From a virus (Duplodnaviria; Caudoviricetes), in the IMG/VR virus record IMGVR_UViG_3300033067_000378, positions 1 to 33,500 of that record: a stretch of 33,500 nt of DNA. One strand, 5' to 3'. A program made the position numbers and the translations under genes. Shown one piece after another: positions 8,451 through 15,286 of this stretch. Numbering within the stretch: position 1 is the stretch's first letter; each line of letters begins with the position of its first letter. The notes under the pieces were generated by a model that was not told where the DNA came from, ran no database searches, and worked only from the letters and a program-made list of their open reading frames with translations.

Positions 8451-8870
8451 ATGCCTATAGTAGATAAAGAGAAGAAAAAAGAATACGATAAGAACTATTA
8501 CTTAAAAAATAAAATTAAGTTTAGGAATAGTGATAAAAAGTATAAAGAAAAAAACAGAGAACTTTTACGAGAAAAAAATGCTGTTTATAGAAAAAATAAC
8601 CCTAGCGTCGCTTACCTATCCAGAAGAAAAGCACAACTAAAAATGAGGTTTAATATATCTCTTAACGAATACGATAATCTATTAGACAAGCAAGGAGGAG
8701 TTTGTAAAATATGTAAAACTAAAGAAAGTAGAAAAGTTTTATGTGTAGACCATAATCACAATACCGGAAAAATAAGAGGACTTTTATGTAGTAAGTGTAA
8801 TAGAGGTATAGGACTACTAGGAGATAACATAGATTTATTGAAAGTCGCTATAAAGTATCTATCTAACTAG
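8451..8870 (+). CDS. Endonuclease VII-like His-Me nuclease, probably a free-standing homing endonuclease or moron
   Basis: QGGVCKIC...LCVDHNHNTGKIRGLLCSKCNRGIG; basic N-terminal repeats; A-rich, opposite strand; TGTTATACT 6 nt before ATG. Confidence 0.88.
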   Translation: MPIVDKEKKKEYDKNYYLKNKIKFRNSDKKYKEKNRELLREKNAVYRKNNPSVAYLSRRKAQLKMRFNISLNEYDNLLDKQGGVCKICKTKESRKVLCVDHNHNTGKIRGLLCSKCNRGIGLLGDNIDLLKVAIKYLSN

Positions 8871-8899
8871 GTACTCGTTAACAGCGAGTACCTTTTTTT
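8869..8899 (+). terminator. Rho-independent terminator
   Basis: AGGTACTCG-TTAACAG-CGAGTACCT followed by a T run. Confidence 0.8.
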
Positions 8900-8915
8900 G
8901 TGCTACCATAAAGAT

Positions 8916-9017
8916 ATGTTCTACAAGCAACAACTTGCTTTTAGGAGGTTTTACAAGAACATAAAACTATGGCTTGTAAAGATAGAGGCGGAAGACAACG
9001 ACCCCCTAAACTGGTAA
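8916..9017 (+). CDS. Putative leaderless 33 aa peptide
   Basis: TGCTACCAT-aaagat-ATG; MFYKQQLAFRRFYKNIKLWLVKIEAEDNDPLNW. Confidence 0.45.
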   Translation: MFYKQQLAFRRFYKNIKLWLVKIEAEDNDPLNW

Positions 9018-9059
9018 AATAGAAAAAGCCACCTTATAAGAGTGGCTCTCTTACCAGAG

Positions 9060-9095
9060 ATAAAAACTCCCCTACGAAAGTAAGGGAGTTTTTAT
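9060..9095. terminator. Bidirectional terminator
   Basis: ATAAAAACTCCC-CTACGAAAGTAA-GGGAGTTTTTAT between convergent units; a second hairpin AGCCAC/GTGGCT at 9027-9047. Confidence 0.8.
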
Positions 9096-9096
9096 A

Positions 9097-9282
9097 TTAC
9101 GGAGCGAACGAGCGTATAAACGCTACGACCGAAGTAGGAGACCAGTCTTTACTCGTAGGATATTTCAGATCAGGAACGACCGGAGGAGAGTAAGGCTTAA
9201 GAGCGTCGTCTCTATTCGCTAGAGTTCTCGCTACCTCGAACGCCGTAGGTCTAGCGAGAGCGTTAAAATTAGTGTTTCTCAT
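9097..9282 (-). CDS. Hypothetical protein
   Basis: 61 aa ORF ending just before the terminator. Confidence 0.6.
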   Translation of the reverse strand: MRNTNFNALARPTAFEVARTLANRDDALKPYSPPVVPDLKYPTSKDWSPTSVVAFIRSFAP

Positions 9283-9439
9283 TTTTAGATTTTACGTTTA
9301 TGACTAAGTACATTTCTATACCGCTCCACTCGAAGAGAGGCTTAGAGTTATCGAGTTTACACGCCTCTAACTGTTCGAGAGTAAACGGACAGTCCGGCTC
9401 CTCTAACATTAGTCGAGCGTGTTTTTCGTCTATCGGCAT
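9269..9439 (-). CDS. Small hypothetical protein (56 aa, not in ORF track)
   Basis: MPIDEKHARLMLEEPDCPFTLEQLEACKLDNSKPLFEWSGIEMYLVINVKSKNEKH; TAG-T-ATG coupling. Confidence 0.7.
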   Translation of the reverse strand: MPIDEKHARLMLEEPDCPFTLEQLEACKLDNSKPLFEWSGIEMYLVINVKSKNEKH

Positions 9440-9440
9440 A

Positions 9441-9638
9441 CTACTTCTTTCGTTCCGCCTGTATCTTCTTAATATCCGCCTCTACTTCCACCGTCGCTCT
9501 CTTAAGAAGTTCTAGGAACTTTATAAGGTCGGTAGTCGTATCGACGTATAGATTAAAGTTAAGAGAGATACCGTCTATCTCGTTCTTATACTCTTTTAGA
9601 ATACGGTTATTAGATATTGCTTTAGGGACTTTAGCCAT
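9441..9638 (-). CDS. Hypothetical protein
   Basis: 65 aa ORF. Confidence 0.7.
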   Translation of the reverse strand: MAKVPKAISNNRILKEYKNEIDGISLNFNLYVDTTTDLIKFLELLKRATVEVEADIKKIQAERKK

Positions 9639-9644
9639 AGATTT

Positions 9645-10001
9645 TTAGTTAGATATAAACGCACTTTGTATGTAATAATTTTTAACCTTATCGTAGAACT
9701 CCTTAAGGTCTAAGTCTACTATATCCGCCGGAGTTACGTTAAGGCTTAAACGGTAAGCGAAGTACTTGGCTCCGGACTTACCGGTTATCCTAACTCGTTC
9801 GAAGAGTTTAGGATTTTTAGCGTAGAGTTCCGACATACGAGCCGAAACTTCGTACGATACGAAACCCCATACTCCTACCGGCTTAACGTAGACCTCTCCG
9901 ATAAGTTCGAATATAGGGATATACTTTTCTCTATCTACCTTACGAGCCTCGTAAAGTTTATAGAATATCGCTTGTGTCTGAGTTACTTTAATTTTCTTCA
10001 T
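9645..10001 (-). CDS. Hypothetical protein, possibly winged-helix DNA binding
   Basis: 118 aa; helix SYEVSARMSEL followed by beta-hairpin-like ITGKSGAKYFAYRL. Confidence 0.65.
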   Translation of the reverse strand: MKKIKVTQTQAIFYKLYEARKVDREKYIPIFELIGEVYVKPVGVWGFVSYEVSARMSELYAKNPKLFERVRITGKSGAKYFAYRLSLNVTPADIVDLDLKEFYDKVKNYYIQSAFISN

Positions 10002-10140
10002 AGTCTTCTTCTATTTCCGTATAGTCGATACCTCGTATATCGCAGGTACACTTCCACCCTATAATACGATTAAGCCAGTGGTCTCTATCCGGACAGGTCT
10101 TCCAGACGACAGGTTTTTTTAGAATAATAGGAGTTATCAT
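9988..10140 (-). CDS. Small Cys/His protein (start moved to ATG 10140)
   Basis: MITPIILKKPVVWKTCPDRDHW...CTCD; this start avoids overlap with the upstream gene. Confidence 0.55.
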   Translation of the reverse strand: MITPIILKKPVVWKTCPDRDHWLNRIIGWKCTCDIRGIDYTEIEEDYEEN

Positions 10141-10142
10141 AC

Positions 10143-10517
10143 TTAGGGTACGGCTATCCACATAAAAGCCCACGTTAATAAAACGAGACCTAGTAGAACG
10201 AGTAACCAGACGAAACGGCTAGGCTCTTCGTCTTTCTCTTCTCGGTTAGCGAGTAGACTTTCTAACTCCGCTACCGTTAAGAAAAGGATATACTCTTTCG
10301 GCTCGGAACTCTGTAGGACGTCGTGGAAACCGTGTCCCTCTTCCCTAGAGTATTCGGTATCGTAAAGTTCGACGTAGTATAGGTCTCCTCTTTCGTCGAT
10401 ATAGACGTCGTCCATAGTAACCCACTCACGGATACGGAGAACTTTTTTAAGTCCGTTAAGATAGTCTTCGACTACCTCGTACTCTCCGTCGTAGTAGACT
10501 GTGTTAAAAGGTTTCAT
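10143..10517 (-). CDS. Membrane-anchored hypothetical protein
   Basis: C-terminal hydrophobic helix FVWLLVLLGLVLLTWAFMWIAV. Confidence 0.75.
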   Translation of the reverse strand: MKPFNTVYYDGEYEVVEDYLNGLKKVLRIREWVTMDDVYIDERGDLYYVELYDTEYSREEGHGFHDVLQSSEPKEYILFLTVAELESLLANREEKDEEPSRFVWLLVLLGLVLLTWAFMWIAVP

Positions 10518-10518
10518 A

Positions 10519-10734
10519 CTATTTCGTATCGTCTAACTTTACCTCCGGTAGTTCCGGTAAAAGTTTCTTAAAGATACCTCGTATAATACTCATCTTAGCG
10601 TTAGCCTGAGCGAGGTCGTCCTCGTTAGGTCTAGCGTTAAGTTCGCAGAACATCTCTAACTCGTTATGCTTGTTTTTAAGAAGACGTACGAGGTAGTTAA
10701 ACTCTTCGGTCTCTAGTTGTAGATTTTTTTCCAT
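10519..10734 (-). CDS. Hypothetical protein, first gene behind conserved leader copy 3
   Basis: 71 aa ORF. Confidence 0.75.
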   Translation of the reverse strand: MEKNLQLETEEFNYLVRLLKNKHNELEMFCELNARPNEDDLAQANAKMSIIRGIFKKLLPELPEVKLDDTK

Positions 10735-10735
10735 A

Positions 10736-10766
10736 ATTTTAGATAAGGTTGGTTATATCCTTATAC
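10736..10766 (-). repeat. Conserved leader hairpin/operator, copy 3
   Basis: Identical to copy 2 over about 31 nt; upstream TGGTAATAT -10-like element. Confidence 0.8.
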
Positions 10767-10793
10767 TCATATATTACCATACTTATAGAAACT

Positions 10794-11000
10794 TTACGAC
10801 AGGGAGTTATCCCCAGTATAATACTTACCGATACGCTTAGAGATAATATCTACACAGATAGCCTCCATTTTTACCTTATGTATCATAAAGCCACAGCGTA
10901 GAGTACACATTATCATTTCCTCGCTCTTATTAAACCAGAGCGTCTTACGGCACTTAGGACACTTATTAAGAAGTAGATTACGATATTCTAAAGGTTGCAT
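10794..11000 (-). CDS. Small Zn-finger protein
   Basis: CPKC...CTLRC. Confidence 0.7.
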   Translation of the reverse strand: MQPLEYRNLLLNKCPKCRKTLWFNKSEEMIMCTLRCGFMIHKVKMEAICVDIISKRIGKYYTGDNSLS

Positions 11001-11286
11001 TTTCTTGTATAAACTTAGAGCGTCCGGCTTTAATAATTTGTAAGTATCGAGCCTGTAAGTCTTCCGACGTATCGGCGGAGATTAGTTTAGCCTCGATATT
11101 ACCTAGAGGGTCGTAAGCGTAGACGTCGAATACAAGTACGAACTTCTTTACCTTAGGTAAGTAATAAAACGGTATCCGGAGAGCCTCCTTACTCGGATCT
11201 GTATTAAGAACGACACGCCAGTACATAGGCGAGGCTCCGTAGAGCGTAACTAAGTGCGGAGCGTCGACAGCTTTAAGAGTTTCCAT
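10978..11286 (-). CDS. Hypothetical protein
   Basis: 102 aa ORF. Confidence 0.7.
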   Translation of the reverse strand: METLKAVDAPHLVTLYGASPMYWRVVLNTDPSKEALRIPFYYLPKVKKFVLVFDVYAYDPLGNIEAKLISADTSEDLQARYLQIIKAGRSKFIQENATFRIS

Positions 11287-11287
11287 A

Positions 11288-11977
11288 CTACGAGGAGGAG
11301 GGAGAGAAGACTACCTCCGGCTCCTTAGCCTTTTCTCGGCCTATAGCGTCCTTAATCTTCACCCACTTGTCTCTTAACTCGACCGGAGTAGTTACGCTCG
11401 GCATATAGGGTATTTTGGCCTTTAGGACAGGTATAGCCTTAATGACTTGGAGTACGAGTTCTAGGCCGTACTCGGAGATAAGAAAATTACAGGCCTCCCT
11501 TTGAGTTTTATTACCGTAAAAGAGTTTATTCTTAGGGTCGATACTCTCTAGTTCTTTGATTACTAAAGGGATAAGGGTAGCGTTACCCTTGAGAGGCTCC
11601 GCCTCTCCTGTATTGTTTTCATTATCAATTTCTTTATTATATGTATGTGCGACATTTTTGTCGCTATTAGGCTACATTTCTGTCGTATTAGAGGCGACAT
11701 TTTTGTCGCTTTCTAGTCCTAGATAGGTAGTATTCCATATATCCGTAGTCTTAATACCTTTCTTTTCAAGGATTACTAGTCCTTTTTCTTCGAGAGTTTT
11801 CTTTATTCTCTGTACCTCTCTAACTCCTACGTCTAGTAACTCGCAGTAGTAATCGTTCTTAGCGTAACTAAGACCAGTTTTAACTTGTAGGTGGTATACG
11901 GCGTCGAGTAGTATATATTCCTTAAGAGATAAACCTAAATCCTTTTTCACTTGAAAAATAATAGTAGAGTAAATCAT
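11288..11977 (-). CDS. Replication initiator / replisome organiser interrupted by an in-frame TAG at 11672-11674
   Basis: N-terminal winged HTH (101 aa track ORF), iteron linker, then the frame stays open past TAG (PNSDKNVAHTY...NKTQREAC...PYMPSVTTPVELRDKW) to TAG at 11288. Confidence 0.75.
11649..11709. repeat. Three palindromic iterons, putative replication origin
   Basis: GCGACATTTTTGTCGC (11649-11664 and 11694-11709) and degenerate GCTACATTTCTGTCGT (11671-11686), 22-23 bp period, next to an AT-rich tract; lambda O-like layout. Confidence 0.75.
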
Positions 11978-11979
11978 AT

Positions 11980-12504
11980 CTAGTTAAGGAGAAGAGTATT
12001 AAGTTTACCGGATAACTCCGAGAACGTACTACTCTTCTCGGTAAGTGTCTTAACTCCCTCTAGGTAGTTTCTTGCTAGGTTACAAGTTTTGTCGTTCGCA
12101 ATAAGTCGGAAGTCTTCGCTCTCTAAAGTGTATCCTTTATTAAAGCCTAGTATCTTAGTATAGTCCGGTAGGATAGATATAATAGCGTCTCCCTTAAACA
12201 TTCCTTGAGAGCAAACTATCTGCGTCTTTTTTAAGAAACCCCACATAACCGCCGGTAAATCTTCCTTAGGTATGGATACATCTTGTCCGTTATCACTATA
12301 CGAAAGTCGTATTGCATAATAAAAAGGTACGTCCGGTTTCTTATCGAATACGATAGATACCATTTCTCTTTTCTTAACTCCGTTAATTTCGTGGTCGTCG
12401 CTAAACTTACTATCCTCCTTAAACTCTTTTAACATTTCTGCTTGTGTCTGAGTAATAGAATACTCTTTTTTTTCTCCGTTCTTTTCTACTATTAGGGTCG
12501 CCAT
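11980..12504 (-). CDS. Hypothetical protein upstream of the replication initiator
   Basis: 174 aa ORF. Confidence 0.75.
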   Translation of the reverse strand: MATLIVEKNGEKKEYSITQTQAEMLKEFKEDSKFSDDHEINGVKKREMVSIVFDKKPDVPFYYAIRLSYSDNGQDVSIPKEDLPAVMWGFLKKTQIVCSQGMFKGDAIISILPDYTKILGFNKGYTLESEDFRLIANDKTCNLARNYLEGVKTLTEKSSTFSELSGKLNTLLLN

Positions 12505-12526
12505 AAAAATACTTTAATTAGATATT

Positions 12527-12643
12527 AAAGCCGTGAGTAATGTAAACAAGGATTATTCTGTTCGTTCCTTAACTTCGTCCCAAATTGTAAGTAAGACTAG
12601 GTTAAGAAACTAACAGAATATACAATTTTAACCTTACGGCTTT
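12527..12643. ncRNA. Long interrupted hairpin (candidate leader RNA or small RNA)
   Basis: Nested inverted repeats AAAGCCGTGAG/CTTACGGCTTT, TATTCTGTT/AACAGAATA, CTTAAC/GTTAAG; minus-strand TATAAT at 12648-12653. Confidence 0.5.
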
Positions 12644-12699
12644 ATATATTATAACTTACCCTATACCTATGACGGTGGGGATAACCAAATCTTACAACT

Positions 12700-12722
12700 A
12701 AAAAACGCCCTTTAGGACGTTA
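12700..12722 (-). terminator. Rho-independent terminator
   Basis: Minus strand AACGTCC-TAAA-GGGCGTT-TTTT. Confidence 0.6.
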
Positions 12723-12739
12723 GTTAGTTTCTGATCTGA

Positions 12740-13060
12740 CTATTCGGTTACGGTAGGTACTACCTCTTCGGTAGTAGTATCTACTACAGTTTCGTCTGTA
12801 GTAACGATACCCTCTTCCTTAACTTCTACGGTACCGGTACCGTCTAGTTCTTCGTGAGTTCCTACGATACGGATAGCGTAGAGTTCGTTTTCGAAGTCTA
12901 GTTCGTTACCTCCCTCCGCTACTCTCGTAAAGAGAATAGGAGTTCCGTCCGCTAGGTGGACTGTAAGACCGTCGTCTCCTGTCTCGTAGCGTTCTACCGG
13001 ACTAACTACCTCCGTAACCTTGTCGATAACTTCGTATCGGACTGCATTTTCGTTGTTCAT
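12740..13060 (-). CDS. Acidic hypothetical protein
   Basis: 106 aa, E/T-rich tail; upstream TGCTATAAT. Confidence 0.75.
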   Translation of the reverse strand: MNNENAVRYEVIDKVTEVVSPVERYETGDDGLTVHLADGTPILFTRVAEGGNELDFENELYAIRIVGTHEELDGTGTVEVKEEGIVTTDETVVDTTTEEVVPTVTE

Positions 13061-13101
13061 AAATCTATATATATTTTTATTACTTTATAAGTATGGGTAC
13101 A

Positions 13102-13506
13102 TTATAGCACGAACTCCGCCCAGAACGTGTCGCTATGCACATTCTCGGTATGGAGTTCTCCGCAGTCTCGACACTTAAAGGTCTTAACTATTTCGGTATG
13201 TTTACACGACGCTCGTTTCTTAAGTATCCGGTCTTGCTCTTCCTGTTCGTAGTCTTTATAGGTCTTAATACGAGTAAGGATAAAGTGTCGACTATGTACC
13301 TCGCTAACGACGTTCGTACGCTTAGGTATCTCTCTCTTTACAATAAAGTTACCCTCGCTACGTTCTCGCTTAGAGATATGGTAGATAATAGTAGAGTGAT
13401 GTTTTCCGAACTTTTGAGCGATATGAAGTTTAGGGACGCCGAGTTTATAAAGAGAGCAGATTTCGTTTATTTGTTCCGGTGATAATTGGTCGTCCTTAGT
13501 TTTCAT
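13102..13506 (-). CDS. HTH DNA-binding protein with C-terminal Zn ribbon
   Basis: LSPEQINEICSLYKLGVPKLHIAQKFGKHHSTIIYHI; CKH...CRDCG. Confidence 0.75.
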   Translation of the reverse strand: MKTKDDQLSPEQINEICSLYKLGVPKLHIAQKFGKHHSTIIYHISKRERSEGNFIVKREIPKRTNVVSEVHSRHFILTRIKTYKDYEQEEQDRILKKRASCKHTEIVKTFKCRDCGELHTENVHSDTFWAEFVL

Positions 13507-13509
13507 TTT

Positions 13510-13686
13510 TTAGGATAACAACTCTATATTTATTTTCGCTCGTAGTCTCGCTAACTTAGAGAGTACTTCTTGATCTGTTATAGTGCCGTTATTTAATAGT
13601 GTATCAAATAAAGCGGTTAGACCACTGTTTATATCTTGCGAAGTAGTCGCATTTTCGAGAGTAGTAATAATTTCGTTTATAGTCAT
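13510..13686 (-). CDS. Small protein after the tail fibre gene (58 aa, not in ORF track)
   Basis: MTINEIITTLENATTSQDINSGLTALFDTLLNNGTITDQEVLSKLARLRAKINIELLS. Confidence 0.65.
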   Translation of the reverse strand: MTINEIITTLENATTSQDINSGLTALFDTLLNNGTITDQEVLSKLARLRAKINIELLS

Positions 13687-13690
13687 AGGA

Positions 13691-14791
13691 TTAGTAGTTA
13701 TCAGAAACAGCGACTAAGTATATCTTACCTGCTACTCCTGCCGTACCTGCCGTACCGTTAGCTCCGGAACCTGAGCCACCTGGCCCGCCTGTTCCTCCTG
13801 CTCCTGCCGTACCTCCTAAAGCCTGTACTGTTCCACTAGCAGTATACGAACGATAGCAGAGTATAATAGTTCCTCCGTTACCTCCTCCTCCTCCTCCTCC
13901 TGCTCCGGTACCGAAACCTCCTCCTCCGTTTAGTCCGTCTCCTCCCTTACCTCCGTTACCTCCGTTAGACTGGATAATTCCGGACGCTCCGTTTATGATA
14001 GTTGCAAAGAAAATACCTACTACGCCTCCGGTACCTCCACTACCTCCTCCTCCTCCTGTTGCTTGCCCTGCGTTACCTCCTCCTCCTCCTCCTGAGCCAG
14101 CTCCTGCAGAAGTAGAGAGTACTGCTCCGTTAGTCGAAGTGGTAGCTATAATTTTAGTACTCTTCGTTAGCGTATTACTTCCTGCCGTAACGGTAACAGC
14201 CGTAAAAGTATGAGCCGTGTTGACTTGCATATTTTCTGCCGTATTAGTACTACCTCCCCCTGCTCCTCCTCCTCCTGAGCCTGAGCCTCCTGCTCCCCCT
14301 GCTCCTCCTCCTACTCCGTTAGAGCCTACAGAAGTTTTGTTAGTTCCTGCCGTGCCTGGATTACCTGCTCCGGTACCGTTTCCTGCTCCTCCTACTTGTC
14401 CGTTAGTTCCAGCTACAAAAGTAGCTCCTAGACCTCCTACTCCTGCCGTTCCTCCAGTAAAGGAGTTCGCTCCTGCTCCTCCGTCCGTTCCGTTGTTACG
14501 AATAGTACCGCTATTATTTAGAGTACCTGTTCCGTATAGTGCGTATCCTGCCGTAACGAGAATAGACCCACTATTTATAGTGAGATTAGACATATTAGCA
14601 TCTCTAGTCATAGTATAAGTAGAGCCGGACTTAGAAGCCCACGCTACCGTGTTAGTTCCGTCTAAAGTAGCGTCTCCGTCGGAGCCGTTTCCGAAACCTA
14701 CGAAAGCGAGAGAGCCTAGCGTTTCGTTTAGGTCGACGGCTAGTACTTTATCTCCTGCTACATATTTATTACTATTATTTTTAAGAGACAT
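13691..14791 (-). CDS. Glycine-rich tail fibre / receptor-binding protein
   Basis: FGNGSDGD motif, poly-Gly tracts, last large gene of the tail module. Confidence 0.7.
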   Translation of the reverse strand: MSLKNNSNKYVAGDKVLAVDLNETLGSLAFVGFGNGSDGDATLDGTNTVAWASKSGSTYTMTRDANMSNLTINSGSILVTAGYALYGTGTLNNSGTIRNNGTDGGAGANSFTGGTAGVGGLGATFVAGTNGQVGGAGNGTGAGNPGTAGTNKTSVGSNGVGGGAGGAGGSGSGGGGAGGGSTNTAENMQVNTAHTFTAVTVTAGSNTLTKSTKIIATTSTNGAVLSTSAGAGSGGGGGGNAGQATGGGGGSGGTGGVVGIFFATIINGASGIIQSNGGNGGKGGDGLNGGGGFGTGAGGGGGGGNGGTIILCYRSYTASGTVQALGGTAGAGGTGGPGGSGSGANGTAGTAGVAGKIYLVAVSDNY

Positions 14792-14792
14792 A

Positions 14793-15254
14793 TTAAGAGA
14801 TAGTTATAGTATAGTCGATAGTTAATGACTGACTTGTACTTTTAGTAATAGATACCGCTACTCTACTAAAGAGCGTACCACTATTAGCGGTACCGGTAGC
14901 GTTCATAAAAATACCGGCCTCTGTAAAAGTTCCGGATACTTCCGGAGCGGTATAGAAAGCAGTAGCGTAGGCTACGTTAGAGGCGTTAGTCGCTGAGGCG
15001 ATAGCCTTACGATACGTCTCTGTCTGTAGCTGTACGTCTCCGTTAGCCGGAGCCGTTGCTCCTGTTCCTAGAGCGGTATAGTTAAGACGCATAGACGCAG
15101 GAGACGGAGAAGAGGCAGTTAGCCAACTAGCGATAGCAGAACGTCCGGCGGTAGGGATAAGGTTTTTATATTTCTTAACGATAACCTCTCCGGTGTGTAT
15201 ATCTCGGAGAGTAAACTTATAGACACCGTACATTTTTAGATTATCTTTTTGCAT
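14793..15254 (-). CDS. Tail tip structural protein (start moved to ATG 15254)
   Basis: KNLIPTAGR...ALGTGATAPANGDVQLQTE...TEAGIF...LFSR...LTIDYTITI; TGTTATACT-aaaatt-ATG. Confidence 0.7.
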   Translation of the reverse strand: MQKDNLKMYGVYKFTLRDIHTGEVIVKKYKNLIPTAGRSAIASWLTASSPSPASMRLNYTALGTGATAPANGDVQLQTETYRKAIASATNASNVAYATAFYTAPEVSGTFTEAGIFMNATGTANSGTLFSRVAVSITKSTSQSLTIDYTITIS

Positions 15255-15286
15255 AATTTTAGTATAACACTTTTTTAATATCCACA

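Noticed and set aside
8283-8900. Group I intron carrying the EndoVII gene
   Set aside because: No interrupted host gene, and no recognisable P7 core sequences
9029-9039. CCACCTTATAA matching leader copy 1
   Set aside because: It matches only one leader copy and lies in a terminator-like hairpin; chance cannot be excluded
2297-10766. Leader repeats or iterons as a CRISPR array
   Set aside because: The leader copies are kilobases apart, iteron spacers are 6-7 bp, and there are no cas genes
13995-14618. Pro-rich plus-strand ORFs
   Set aside because: Antisense shadows of GGA/GCA codons in the Gly-rich fibre gene
13691-14791. Diversity-generating retroelement target in the fibre gene
   Set aside because: No reverse transcriptase and no template/variable repeat pair seen
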